A program made the position numbers and the translations under genes. 64,000 bases of DNA from a virus. This document shows positions 18,215-28,895 of this stretch, in pieces. The stretch spans positions 32,001 to 96,000 of IMG/VR virus record IMGVR_UViG_3300025015_000010, one strand, 5' to 3'. The notes under the pieces were generated by a model that made no database searches, had not been told where the DNA came from, and saw nothing but the letters and a program-made list of their open reading frames with translations. Each line of letters starts with the position of its first letter. The stretch's first letter is position 1.

Positions 18215-19096
18215 ATGACGTTGCCACAGAAGGTGTATTTGCAGGCCGATCAGAAGTTATCCTTGACAAATGATGGCCAGCTAGAAGTCTTTTTTCTTGG
18301 TGTAGGCTCTGCATTTGCCAAGACACTTAATCAGTTAAATTTCTTGCTGATCAAAGGGAATCAGCATGTGCTGATCGATTTTGGCATGACGGGTCCACGT
18401 GCGCTTCAGGAAACCGCCAGACTTGATCCTACGGATATTGAGTACCTTTTGCCAACGCATCTCCATGCCGATCATGTAGGCGGTATCGAGGCACATGCTT
18501 TGCTTAGTAGATATGTAGGTATTCCGTTTAAGAAGAAGCCAAAGCCGAAGGCCATCCTATCTAGGGAACTGGAAATTCAGTTGTGGGATGATACCCTTCG
18601 CGGTGGGATGCAGTACAATGAGAATATTGCAGAAGTAAAGTCTGGCCGTAGGTCACTTACTTTTGGCGATTACTACGATGTGATTCGTCCGCGATGGAAG
18701 CAAAATCAGCCACGCGAAATGTTAGAAATTAACTTAGGCGGCATTCAAATCGAGTTATTCCGCACTAAGCACATTCCAGACGGCGTCGGTTCATGGGAAG
18801 ATTCGTTTACCAGCTTCGGATTGTTTGTAGACAATCATGTATTTATTTCGGTGGATACCAGATTTGATTTAGAACTTATCAATCAGTACAAAGACCGTGC
18901 AGATGTTTGGTTTCACGATTGCCAGTTATTTGAGCCCGAGTCAGTGCATGCAACTTTAGGTTCACTACGGACACTTCCGGCCGAGGTCAAGCGAAATATG
19001 TACTTGATGCATTATGGCGATAACTATAAGACAGTTGATGTTGGCGAATTCGCAGGCTTTGCAGAGCAAGGTGTGATCTACCGTTTCGCAAATTAG
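18215..19096 (+). CDS. MBL-fold hydrolase, Apyc1-like cyclic-NMP phosphodiesterase
   Basis: GVGSAF, THLHADHVGG, LWDDTLRGG, DTRFD, FHDCQ, VHA, LMHYGDN and QG..Y. Confidence 0.8.
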   Translation: MTLPQKVYLQADQKLSLTNDGQLEVFFLGVGSAFAKTLNQLNFLLIKGNQHVLIDFGMTGPRALQETARLDPTDIEYLLPTHLHADHVGGIEAHALLSRYVGIPFKKKPKPKAILSRELEIQLWDDTLRGGMQYNENIAEVKSGRRSLTFGDYYDVIRPRWKQNQPREMLEINLGGIQIELFRTKHIPDGVGSWEDSFTSFGLFVDNHVFISVDTRFDLELINQYKDRADVWFHDCQLFEPESVHATLGSLRTLPAEVKRNMYLMHYGDNYKTVDVGEFAGFAEQGVIYRFAN

Positions 19097-19108
19097 CGAG
19101 GAGCGCAT

Positions 19109-19864
19109 TTGCCATTTGAGGAATACTTAGACGAAATAAAGCAATACCCGCTTCTTACAAGACAACAAGAGAAAGAGTTAGGAACATTAGCATTAGCTGG
19201 AGATAAAAGAGCACAAGGCAGATTAGCCAATGCTAATCTTCGTCTTGTTGTGTCAATAGCCAAAAAATACACAACAAGTGGGGTATTGATTGAAGATATT
19301 GTGCAAGAAGGTAATATTGGTCTTCTTAGGGCTGTAGAAAAGTTTGATCCAAATTTTGGTGTTCGTTTTTCAACCTATGCAACTTACTGGATCAAACAGG
19401 CTATTCAGCGTGCAGTACGCGGTAAAATGGGTGTCATCAAAGTACCTACCAATATAGCTGAATTGGCAACTAAAGGGCAAGTGAGTGACATTGCCGATTT
19501 TGCACGCCGTGCTATGACGCCATCGACGTCTATCGACGAAGAAGATACCAAACTGACAGACATAATGATAGGTAGTGATCCTAATCCACAGGATGTTACG
19601 GATGTGGTGATCACCAGAGAGTATCTCCGTGATGTTTTAGATCGACTACCTAAGCGCACAGCGGATGTTTTGCGACGCAGATTTGGCCTACATGGTAAAC
19701 GCGGTAAATGCGCTACTCTGTCAACACTGTCTAAGCTGTTGAAGATATCGAAAGAGCGCGTCCGCCAAATCGAAGATGAGGGACTAGTTATGTTACGCGA
19801 GTTAATGACAGGGAAGCAGGAAATGTGTGACTTAGATCAAAGAGACAGAGAAAAGTTTTGGTAG
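19109..19864 (+). CDS. sigma70-family (RpoD/SigA-like) sigma factor
   Basis: [40 protein letters not shown] and SKERVRQIE. Confidence 0.95.
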   Translation: MPFEEYLDEIKQYPLLTRQQEKELGTLALAGDKRAQGRLANANLRLVVSIAKKYTTSGVLIEDIVQEGNIGLLRAVEKFDPNFGVRFSTYATYWIKQAIQRAVRGKMGVIKVPTNIAELATKGQVSDIADFARRAMTPSTSIDEEDTKLTDIMIGSDPNPQDVTDVVITREYLRDVLDRLPKRTADVLRRRFGLHGKRGKCATLSTLSKLLKISKERVRQIEDEGLVMLRELMTGKQEMCDLDQRDREKFW

Positions 19865-20428
19865 CTATTTTTCTTTCCAGCAATTATAGCATCTAGGTTC
19901 GTACTGATCAAATCCTACCTCGACACGGTTACCGCCCGCCTGCTTCCAGGTAAACCGCGCAGGCTTGTTGCAGAGCGCGCATCGAGCTTCAAGGCTCAAA
20001 ACTAAGTTTGCTATGGATGCAATGTCCGCAGTAGTTTCAAACGGTTTTCCTAAGTAGTCTAAATTTAATCCACCGAGCAATGTAGGTCGGTGGATAGATT
20101 GTCGTTGCCATAAAGCGTTTAGAAGATTTTGCGACGGCTTGAAGAACTGTAATTCGTCTACTACAGCCAATCCGGAGATGCTAAGCAGTTTTTCAACCAA
20201 GTCCTCAGTATTTTTAGACAGCACCGATTCCCAAGTATCCCCATTGCGACTTTCCCAGGCATTAGTTCTACTGGCGTCAAAAGCATGCCGTATAGCTGCT
20301 GGCTTAGTTCCCCATGTATTGGCTAGCATTTTCACTGCCTTGATGAGAGTGCTAGTTTTTCCAGACGCCATACAGCCGGTGACTAATACAATTTTGTTAG
20401 CACAAAGCGCTTCAGTGATATCTGGCAC
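19865..20428 (-). CDS. tdk: thymidine kinase
   Basis: GCMASGKTS, VDELQF, GLNLDY.GKPF and YEPRC..C. Confidence 0.9.
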   Translation of the reverse strand: MPDITEALCANKIVLVTGCMASGKTSTLIKAVKMLANTWGTKPAAIRHAFDASRTNAWESRNGDTWESVLSKNTEDLVEKLLSISGLAVVDELQFFKPSQNLLNALWQRQSIHRPTLLGGLNLDYLGKPFETTADIASIANLVLSLEARCALCNKPARFTWKQAGGNRVEVGFDQYEPRCYNCWKEK

Positions 20429-20712
20429 TAGCCACGCCCCCGTGCTTGTCTAGCTGGATCTCGCAAAGCTTTTTCACCCAAGAATCCAAAGCATGGAGCG
20501 TGTGCTGACATGCACAAAATGCAAAGCAGTTTACCACATTCTAAGCATACGCCACACTTGTTGTTAGGTAAAAACTGGTTTACTTTGAAATCTCGATGGC
20601 ATCGATAACAGCATACTTCTTCTTTGTTATTATGTAAGTCTTGCACTATCTGGTTTATTTTATTGGGGTTGTTTTCGCACAGAGTTCTTGTAAATTCTAC
20701 GATTCGAGCCAC
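20428..20712 (-). CDS. Zn-finger protein
   Basis: Several CxxC motifs. Confidence 0.65.
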   Translation of the reverse strand: MARIVEFTRTLCENNPNKINQIVQDLHNNKEEVCCYRCHRDFKVNQFLPNNKCGVCLECGKLLCILCMSAHAPCFGFLGEKALRDPARQARGRG

Positions 20713-20714
20713 TA

Positions 20715-21506
20715 TTAATACTCCTTAACAATTTCTAGCTTTTGGGGTAGTGCCTTCCACTTGATAGCTATCTTGATACCCTCGTCGCCTGATAGTGGGG
20801 CAGAAAAATAGGGGAGTTGTCGGCCACATGTTCCAGTTACCTTGTTTGTGAATACAGGTGCAGCGTTGTTCTTTAACATAGTAGCCAATGAATCAAGTAC
20901 AAAGAACCCAGGTAGATCACTGTTGAATGATTCTACCGTTTGGTGGGTAGCTAAAAATAATGGTGGTACAGGACACTGTTTAAATTGTTTAGTTAATTCA
21001 CCTACAGGTTCGATGTTTTCAAACAGATTATCTGCTGGATTTCCATACTGTACATTAAGTCTTTCGTGGAGTATTTTTCCATAAGCCACAGGCGAGTTTT
21101 TGATTGCGTCTAGCAAGTCTTTTAGTGTCGAGTCTAGTAGCTTGATTCCTGGCCATACGATTAAGTAGAAATCCGAAGGATATTTGATGGCTGCATACTG
21201 TAATGCTCGCACCTCGGATGGCTGTCCGTAAGACATCATTTTTATATTACAGTAACGATTATCGCTGCGTACGAAAGTAACGCCCGCCGTTTTTAGATCC
21301 TTAGACCGTCCTTTACTTGGAGTACCCGACAAAATAAATGACTTTGTTAGTAGCGGGTTCCAGCAATCAACTACAACAGTGTTTAAATCTATGCCTGTAG
21401 AGTCAGTTGAGGCTACGGACATCGCCGTGTCCCGCAGGTAGTCACGTAATTGGTTTTTTCGCCAGGAGCGTGGGGAGACTGGTATGAGGATGGTAACTTT
21501 AGGCAT
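20715..21506 (-). CDS. degenerate GT-A-fold protein
   Basis: PKVTILIP...VVVD; no DxD. Confidence 0.5.
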   Translation of the reverse strand: MPKVTILIPVSPRSWRKNQLRDYLRDTAMSVASTDSTGIDLNTVVVDCWNPLLTKSFILSGTPSKGRSKDLKTAGVTFVRSDNRYCNIKMMSYGQPSEVRALQYAAIKYPSDFYLIVWPGIKLLDSTLKDLLDAIKNSPVAYGKILHERLNVQYGNPADNLFENIEPVGELTKQFKQCPVPPLFLATHQTVESFNSDLPGFFVLDSLATMLKNNAAPVFTNKVTGTCGRQLPYFSAPLSGDEGIKIAIKWKALPQKLEIVKEY

Positions 21507-22381
21507 TAGTGGATTTCACCGTTTCACTTTTAGCTTTGGGCGGATGCTCTACACGGTCCAAAGCCTTTACCAGGTCTTTTGTGTTGGCAGAGAATTTCCA
21601 CAGCAAAAATATACCTAGCTGGCGCCTTTTTACTTTAGTGGTTAGCCCAGCAGGAGACTCTAAAAATCGCTCAAAATCGTCTTGCCAGCCCTGGTCTTGC
21701 ACTACGGATACTAGTGTGTCTTCAGTAGCAATGCTCAGCCTGTAGGTTTCTCCAGCAGTTTGTAGCGTTTGAAACAGCAAAGGAACATAGTCACCACCCT
21801 TCGCTTTGTCGATCACTTTTTGCCACGGTCCCATACTCAAGTTGTAGGCCCTCCATATCGCATGTTTTTAGCCAAGCTTCGCATAAGCTTGAGCACCCAG
21901 CTTTCTTTGTTTGCTACCATTTTGTTTGCTATAAGATACGGATAGATCGTGTCCGCCAATTCAGCCGGATTCATATCATCTCGATATTCTTGAAGTATTT
22001 CTTTGAGCGGATCGCCAGTGATACCAGCGCGAATGAGCATACCTGCGAACCGCAGTTTTTTGGACAGATCCTCGACATCGGGGTCATACTCCCAGCTCAT
22101 TTGTCTTCATATTCGTTAGGATCGTCATCGGGTTCATCACGTAGTCCAGCATTGAAATCCCTTAGAATGTCCTGTTGTGCAATTACTAGGAGTCCTAAAG
22201 TTGTAATAAGATCAGGTGAATAGTAGGTGAAAAAACCCTCTTCAAAAGATTCTTCATTGTTGACCATCTCATGCGATCCTATGATTGCAATGTGATCGAA
22301 TCTAGCGCCTATTTCACGGGCAAGATCAGCAGTTGAGACCCAAGCTAAATCTGTTGGACCTTTGGATATTTCATCAGGCAT
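21499..22381 (-). other. three hypothetical CDS (21499-21840, 21837-22100, 22097-22381)
   Basis: Overlapping minus-strand operon; TGGTAGACT -10 upstream near 22410. Confidence 0.7.
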
Positions 22382-22521
22382 GATAGGTTCCTTAAAGACT
22401 AGATATTGAAGTCTACCACTTCTTGAAAATTGTGTCCTTTTTATTGCTACAATGCAGGTATGGCAGGCTAGTTATGCCTAGCTAGCAGGATTGATGCGAC
22501 CGAGATACTGTAGACTGGAGT

Positions 22522-22950
22522 ATGATCAAACAGCTAGTTAATGGGGTTGATGTCAATAAAGAGTACCAGCAATTTCGTAATTTAAGTGTGTTCGATCAGT
22601 ATAATTTACCTGAAGCTGTCAATATTACAATTAACGAACATAAGCACACTCGTTGGGTATCTGGTTCACAGCAAGGCTCGAATATAGCATTGATCGTACA
22701 TAAAAAGTCAAAGCCAGAGGCAATTCGAGAAGTGTTGCTTCACGAGGTATGCCACCTGGCTTTGGACGTTGGCGGTAAAGAAGGTCATCAGTTGCACGAC
22801 ATTATTTTTCAGGATTTATTGTTACAATCAGCCTTTGAAGCTTTTGGAGTTAGGATTAAAGTCCCAAAAGGAGAAGGCTGGAAGTGCATAGCTTACGCAA
22901 TGGATGAGAAGATAGTTCGGTCGATGTATGCCAAGAAGCGCTACACTTGA
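22522..22950 (+). CDS. SprT-like Zn metalloprotein
   Basis: LLHEVCH...H; TAGACT -10 at 22511-22516 just before the ATG. Confidence 0.7.
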   Translation: MIKQLVNGVDVNKEYQQFRNLSVFDQYNLPEAVNITINEHKHTRWVSGSQQGSNIALIVHKKSKPEAIREVLLHEVCHLALDVGGKEGHQLHDIIFQDLLLQSAFEAFGVRIKVPKGEGWKCIAYAMDEKIVRSMYAKKRYT

Positions 22951-24035
22951 ACGAATTTGACCGACAGTAGATCGGTTTTCCAAGCGTCCATGGATCGCGT
23001 CTGTTCGAATACCGTATACCCGAAAACAGGTGGCCTGAAGCATATTTGTCCATAGTCGTGGGCATACTGTAGAGATTTGATATCACCACCAAATCCACCC
23101 TCTGTCAGTATCTGATGTCCACCGTGGCCGTAAGAAATGCCCGCGCCATGAACGTGTGCCTGGATAATTAGTCTAGGCAGTATAAAGCCAAGCTGTTGGT
23201 GCCAAGTGTTGGCCCAGTCCGCTAAGGCGGCTACTGAGCGCGTATCGTGTTTTCTAGCCACTTCGGCGTGTCCGATTAAAGCATCTCCGACATGGGCAAC
23301 GAATACGTTATGGAATGCCTGTGGCATAATCACGCCAGATGGTCTGGAGTAGTCGTATACGTTTCTCACGAGAGTTACATTGGGTATACCGGCAGAAGCT
23401 AATTCAAGTAGATTGTACTTACATAACGGTAAAAATTGCGGATCGACGTGCGTCGAAAAGTATTTCTTGGCCCGTTCATCGTGATTGCCGGTGGTCAGTA
23501 GCTGTTCATCACAGTGCGCGCGCATAGATTCAAGCATCGCACGTACAGAGGCGATCTCATCAGCAACATTTACAACGTGATCTTTTGGATGGCGAGAAAA
23601 AGCAAAGCTGTCGAAGATATCGCCGTCGTAGACAATGGTGTTTGGATGTTCTTTAGCGACTTCAATCAGCACACGTTCATCAGGCCGACCGTGGATATCA
23701 CAGACTACAACTACTTTGCGTCGATCTGTCTTTTTGACCTGTTTTTCTTTGAGTTTTGGCCGATCAGGGTTGCGGCCGATGAGCGTGTTATACAGTTCCA
23801 TGTATTGTTCAAATTCGCCAAGATCCATGACGATAGGCTCAGGTACTCGTTCAGGCAAACCTTTTTTGTCCCGCCATTTTCTTAATGATCGCCCCAACCC
23901 TTGGTAGTTTTCAATCCCAAGTTCAGATGCCAAATCAGCACTGTGTTCGCCATTAGTATACCGTTCAAGTAATGTATCTCGTTCTGCGGAGGATAGACTG
24001 CCCCAAGATTTTCTTCGTGTAGTCTGTCTACTCAT
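22941..24035 (-). CDS. calcineurin-like metallophosphoesterase with N-terminal HTH
   Basis: CDIHG, GDIFD, GNHD and HVH. Confidence 0.85.
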   Translation of the reverse strand: MSRQTTRRKSWGSLSSAERDTLLERYTNGEHSADLASELGIENYQGLGRSLRKWRDKKGLPERVPEPIVMDLGEFEQYMELYNTLIGRNPDRPKLKEKQVKKTDRRKVVVVCDIHGRPDERVLIEVAKEHPNTIVYDGDIFDSFAFSRHPKDHVVNVADEIASVRAMLESMRAHCDEQLLTTGNHDERAKKYFSTHVDPQFLPLCKYNLLELASAGIPNVTLVRNVYDYSRPSGVIMPQAFHNVFVAHVGDALIGHAEVARKHDTRSVAALADWANTWHQQLGFILPRLIIQAHVHGAGISYGHGGHQILTEGGFGGDIKSLQYAHDYGQICFRPPVFGYTVFEQTRSMDAWKTDLLSVKFVQV

Positions 24036-24151
24036 CAGTTTGCCTCACAATGAAATTGAGCGCCTCAGGCGCGATAAGAATGAACTTCTAACTGTAGTCT
24101 AGCACATTTTCTTGGGTTGTGTCTTGTGCTGCCTCTATTTTGTCTAGGCTA

Positions 24152-24216
24152 TTGACTTTGTTCCGAACACGTGATACACTAATTTTCTGACAGGCAAAAA
24201 TAAAAAGTGGTAGACT
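24152..24216 (+). promoter_or_regulatory. tandem sigma70-type promoters
   Basis: TTGACT-17-TACACT; CTGACA-18-(TGG)TAGACT. Confidence 0.6.
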
Positions 24217-24250
24217 TAAAGTAGAAAGGTAAGCAGTTATTAGGTAAGTT

Positions 24251-25332
24251 ATGAGAACATTAACAGGACAACAAACACTTGAACAGGCTGAAGCACTTAG
24301 ACTTGCGGATACGATAGTTCGTAGAGCGGCCGAAAAGGTGTCTGAAAACGAACCATGGAATAGGGTTCGTAATGCTTTTTTGTATGTGGCTTCTCAGCGC
24401 GAAGATTATGCAGTAAAGACGTTAGCCAAGGCTTTTTCGTTATCCACAAAAAATATACGAAAAATTCTCAAAGACATGCAAAGAGCCGTAGGCATCATAG
24501 TAAAAAATATGGAGCGCGGCGAGAGCCCAGAGCCGGGTTGGAACATCGCTGCGGATAGTCCATTTGCTTGGTTGAGTACTTTTTCAGTGGACGACTTACT
24601 GGTTTTGGCTAAGCAGTATAAACTCGAACCAATGGCCAGTAATTGTGTAGGATGCAAGTTTAAACAGATATTGGATGTATCTAGTCTAGGCGGTTCGGAA
24701 AATCATCCAGGATGTTTCTTGCACAAGACGCTGTTTCATGGTATAGTAGATAAGGAATGTGAGGATCGAAATGGCTAATCTTGTTTTTGTGTCGAGATCT
24801 TATGCGGTGCGCGGGGTATGGCCACCAGCATCACGCGTCACAATTGTTTTAGACGGTTCGATGGAACAAATTGAGGACTATGCGTTAATGCATAATTTGG
24901 CCTGGGTAGTTTCGGCTTCAATTGAAGAATCAGATTTAAAAGACCGTGTTGTGTACAGTGGCTATTGGACTGATTCTGTTGGCAACATGTTTGTTCCAGT
25001 GTAACTCGATGAAACTCCTAGACAATTCTTTCAAGTGTGATCGCTGTTCTCATGGACAGCAGTATATTAGCACAGAGCAGTGTGTTACTATTGGCGGGTC
25101 GTGGCTTGATTTATGTGATGCTTGCTCGGAAAAATTTAGACAAATTTGGTATGGTGACAGTAAGATGTTCGAGTCTGGTACTAAAATTAAACCCGCGCCG
25201 AAGTATCCAGATGTTAAATTAGGTGTAAAAATAAGTGGTGCCTTAACTACTATTTATGACGAGGACGTAGCAGAATTGACCGAATGGCTGCGTGCTGGAC
25301 GAACAATCCCGAAGACAACACATACCTACTAA
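24251..25332 (+). other. three hypothetical CDS (24251-24778, ~24771-25004, ~25009-25332)
   Basis: ORF track. Confidence 0.65.
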
Positions 25333-25451
25333 TCGCGTAACCTTTGCAATACGTGTGAGTACTGAGATCCAGCCTTGAAACTTTGTCTACAAGCCTGTAG
25401 ACTTAGAGTAATTCTACCTATTTTTTTAGTCCCAGTAAGCGAGGAAAATCC

Positions 25452-27467
25452 TTGATAGTTCTTGCGTCCGTAGAGTACATTATTAAAAGAGAAGATAGAA
25501 AGCCGTTTGTAACTCACAGGTTTGAACTAGGGCCAGCATCAGTAGCTAGAGTACGTGGTACATCTTACGAATTTGGCTTCGACGGCTTTGGAGAAGCAGT
25601 TTATTATAGAACCTACTCAAGGCCAAAAGCAGACGGCACACAGGAGGATTGGCACGACACGGTTATCAGGACTGTGAACGGCGTGATGAGTATACGCAAG
25701 GATTGGTATATGAAGAATTATCTGCCTTGGGAAGACGCTTATTGGCAAGAGTTCGCCGAGAAGATGGCCATCTATTTTGTGCAGATGAAGTGCATGCCAC
25801 CAGGTCGTGGGCTAGCCGTTATGGGCACCGATTTCGTGTATGAGCGCGGATCTATGGCCCTTTTTAATTGCGGCGCCAGTAAAACGGATCACCTGTCGTA
25901 TGATTGTAATTGGATTATGGACGCTTTGATGTGCGGAGTCGGCGTGGGTTTTGGAGCGACGTCTGAACCTGTGTCCATGTCTGCTCCTAATGGGAAGCCT
26001 TATACTTTTGTGATACCTGATAGCCGAGAAGGCTGGGCAGAGTCTGTAGAACGTCTGATATTAGCATATGAGACAGGCACAAACCCAGTAAGATTTGATT
26101 ATTCAGATTTACGCCCGAGTGGGTCACAAATAAAGGGGTTTGGTGGAATTGCGTCTGGCCCAGAACCATTGATTAAACTCCACGATAGAGTGACACAGTA
26201 TCTCGATAAGTTTATCAGCGGTGAGACATCCAGTCTGAGGATGAAAGCCGACATTATCAATGCATTAGGTTGCTGCGTGGTAGCCGGTAATGTGCGTAGG
26301 TCGGCTGAGATTATGTTAGGTTCGGCGGATGACAAAGAATTTTGGGATTTGAAAAATTACGAGCTACATCCAGAGCGCGAAGAGATCGGTTGGATGAGTA
26401 ATAATTCAGTAGCTTTGAGTAATTCCGATGATTTTTCTAAGATACCAATGATTGCAAAAAGGATTAGGGCTAATGGCGAGCCCGGTTTTGTTAACCTGAA
26501 GAATGTACAGAAATTTGCAAGGTTTGGCAGGCACTCTTCAGACAAGGCGGATTGCATAAATCCTTGCGGCGAGATACCTTTGGAGAATAAAGAGCTATGC
26601 AATTTGTTCGAAACATACCCTTCAAGGTGTGCGGATGACAATGAATTTTTTCAGGCACTGAAGTTCGGAGCATTCTACACTCAGACCGTATCGTTATTGC
26701 CTACACACAGGCTTGACACCAACAAAATTATTGCCAGAAATAGGCGCGTCGGTATCTCGATTAGTGGCGTCGCCGATTGGAGCGCTACAGTTACGCACGT
26801 CAAAATGACTAAGACTCTTCGCGAGGGATATGCACTGGTCAAAGAAGAGAACGAGAATTTGGCGCGAGACGCTGGAGTATCACCGTCGATAAGATTAACT
26901 ACGATCAAACCAAGTGGCACGGTCTCACAATTAGCCGGGGTGTCTCCAGGTATGCACTTTCCTACATTTAAGTATGCTATACGGCGTATGCGAGTCGCTC
27001 AGAATAGCCCGATAGCTAAAGTTTTAAGAGACGCAGGCTATAACTCTGAGAAGGACGTAAGCTCGGATAATACTGACGTGTTTGACTTTGTAATAAATCA
27101 GGGAAGGTCGCGCCCCGCCACCGATGTGAGTATGTGGGAACAGGCCATGATGTTAGTTATGCTTCAGCGTGAGTGGGCTGACAACGCGGTGTCCTGTACT
27201 ATTTATTTTGATCCAGAGAAGGAAGGCGGCCAGTTAGAGCATATGCTTGCTGAGATAGCTCCTCTAGTGAAGTCAGTGTCAGTACTTCCTCACACGCAGC
27301 ACGGCGTATATAAACAGGCTCCTTATGAAGGAATTACTTACGAGGAATATTTGGAACATAAGAGTAAGTTTCAGCCAATAAACTGGTCGGGAGTTCTGAA
27401 TACCCTGCCCGATCTAGCCGCTACCAAGTTCTGTTCAAATGATACTTGTGAGTTGGTGTCTAAGTGA
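25452..27467 (+). CDS. nrdJ: class II (B12-dependent) ribonucleotide reductase; start uncertain
   Basis: PPGRGL, FNC, AGNVRRSAEI, NPCGEI and TTIKPSGTVS. Confidence 0.95.
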   Translation: MIVLASVEYIIKREDRKPFVTHRFELGPASVARVRGTSYEFGFDGFGEAVYYRTYSRPKADGTQEDWHDTVIRTVNGVMSIRKDWYMKNYLPWEDAYWQEFAEKMAIYFVQMKCMPPGRGLAVMGTDFVYERGSMALFNCGASKTDHLSYDCNWIMDALMCGVGVGFGATSEPVSMSAPNGKPYTFVIPDSREGWAESVERLILAYETGTNPVRFDYSDLRPSGSQIKGFGGIASGPEPLIKLHDRVTQYLDKFISGETSSLRMKADIINALGCCVVAGNVRRSAEIMLGSADDKEFWDLKNYELHPEREEIGWMSNNSVALSNSDDFSKIPMIAKRIRANGEPGFVNLKNVQKFARFGRHSSDKADCINPCGEIPLENKELCNLFETYPSRCADDNEFFQALKFGAFYTQTVSLLPTHRLDTNKIIARNRRVGISISGVADWSATVTHVKMTKTLREGYALVKEENENLARDAGVSPSIRLTTIKPSGTVSQLAGVSPGMHFPTFKYAIRRMRVAQNSPIAKVLRDAGYNSEKDVSSDNTDVFDFVINQGRSRPATDVSMWEQAMMLVMLQREWADNAVSCTIYFDPEKEGGQLEHMLAEIAPLVKSVSVLPHTQHGVYKQAPYEGITYEEYLEHKSKFQPINWSGVLNTLPDLAATKFCSNDTCELVSK

Positions 27468-27628
27468 TCAAGCCAGAGGAAGACAAAAATGACTATGGCC
27501 TAGAGCCCAGACCGACAAAACCAATCGAAGTTAAATTGAACGGCTGTAAGGATTTAGACTGGCATCTCGAACTTGATGAACAAAATTTTTAGCTGCCTTC
27601 TAGGTAGAAAAGTGGTAGACTTAAGTTA

Positions 27629-27768
27629 GCGCCCCGCGAGATTCTACCATGTCATGCTTTAATTTAGCCAAGATCAGTTCCCGTGCCAACCGTTCTGGGT
27701 CGCGCTGTAGGTCTAGCGCAGGCTTCCGTTTTGTCCCATTCAGTGCCAAGTTCAATCGGGGATCGCCC
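27629..27768 (+). ncRNA. possible structured leader or sRNA
   Basis: Starts ~8 nt after TGGTAGACT; gcgccccg/cggggatcgc closing stem; gcgct/agcgc hairpin. Confidence 0.35.
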
Positions 27769-27783
27769 TGGAAAGGTCGTTCT

Positions 27784-28068
27784 ATGCTCACCGAGACGCA
27801 GAAAGACACTTTACGCGAATGTCATACGTTAGCTCTGAAATATTTACACAAGGAGTTCACCTATGCAGAGTTTCAGACCCCTCTTGAAGACATGCAACTG
27901 CACATTTTAGGGCTACTTTTGGATCATGATCTAGCAAGCGAAGACGGTAAGACCTTGGATCTAGCATATAAACTAGCAAATATGATGGGTCAGCAGGAGC
28001 CTACTGATTGTGCTAATAGTGTTCATACTTTAGCAAATTATCTAGAACGAGCACTTGGCATTGTGTGA
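27784..28068 (+). CDS. hypothetical protein
   Basis: ATG after GGAAAGG. Confidence 0.65.
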   Translation: MLTETQKDTLRECHTLALKYLHKEFTYAEFQTPLEDMQLHILGLLLDHDLASEDGKTLDLAYKLANMMGQQEPTDCANSVHTLANYLERALGIV

Positions 28069-28847
28069 ACGATTTCAATCTTGAGGCTGTAGTCAACGAT
28101 GTTCGAGTCTCGATTAGCTGTCGAGAGTCAAGCCCAGGTTTTAGCCCTACAGTTATTTTCTTGCATGGATGGTTTGATTCACAAAAAACTTGGGACCTTG
28201 TTGTATCTAAGGTCAAAAATTGCAACGCCGTGACCATTGATTTTCCTGGTTTTGGGAAATCAGAGCCGCTGCCGATAGTTTTGACGACTCTGAGTGTTTA
28301 TTCCAGTATTTTAGTTCAAGTGTTGGAACAGCTACCTAAGCCCAGATATATCGTAGCCCATTCAATGGGAGGGCTGATCCTATATGAAGCTTTGAAAGCT
28401 AGGTTTTTAGCCGAAAAGGTGGTTTTCGTAGGCACGCCTTTTTATGGCGTATCTTGGTTAGCCCGAGCCTCCAGACTGCCTAAGTTACCAAAGATTCTTC
28501 CGTGGCTGTTCAAAAAATGTGTTCGATTAACCCGATGGATTTACTTGCCGCACAATCTTGCGGGGATACCTCTCAGGGCTTACGGAATACAGTCTGCAAA
28601 CTCCAGGACTGTTGTAGACCTATGCTCTCAAGTTGCTAACTATGATAAGCCTTTGGCTCCGCTGGGCATTTCTACGCTTATTGCACGGGGCGAGCATGAG
28701 TGGCTGTTATCCCAGCAGGATATGAGCCGGGCAGCTAGAGAGTTAGATGCCAAGACTTTTGTGTTTACAGGCGCAGATCATAATCCGCAACTCGAACATT
28801 CTGAGATGCTTACGTTAATGCTTGAAAATTTCTTTGAATTGTGTTGA
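28065..28847 (+). CDS. alpha/beta hydrolase
   Basis: FLHGW, DFPGFGKS, AHSMGG and C-terminal His. Confidence 0.9.
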   Translation: MNDFNLEAVVNDVRVSISCRESSPGFSPTVIFLHGWFDSQKTWDLVVSKVKNCNAVTIDFPGFGKSEPLPIVLTTLSVYSSILVQVLEQLPKPRYIVAHSMGGLILYEALKARFLAEKVVFVGTPFYGVSWLARASRLPKLPKILPWLFKKCVRLTRWIYLPHNLAGIPLRAYGIQSANSRTVVDLCSQVANYDKPLAPLGISTLIARGEHEWLLSQQDMSRAARELDAKTFVFTGADHNPQLEHSEMLTLMLENFFELC

Positions 28848-28872
28848 TTTTCCTGGGCCAAGATAGTATAAT
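28844..28872 (+). promoter_or_regulatory. sigma70 promoter
   Basis: TTGATT-17-TATAAT. Confidence 0.7.
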
Positions 28873-28895
28873 CTTGGCGTTGAGACAAAAAACTT

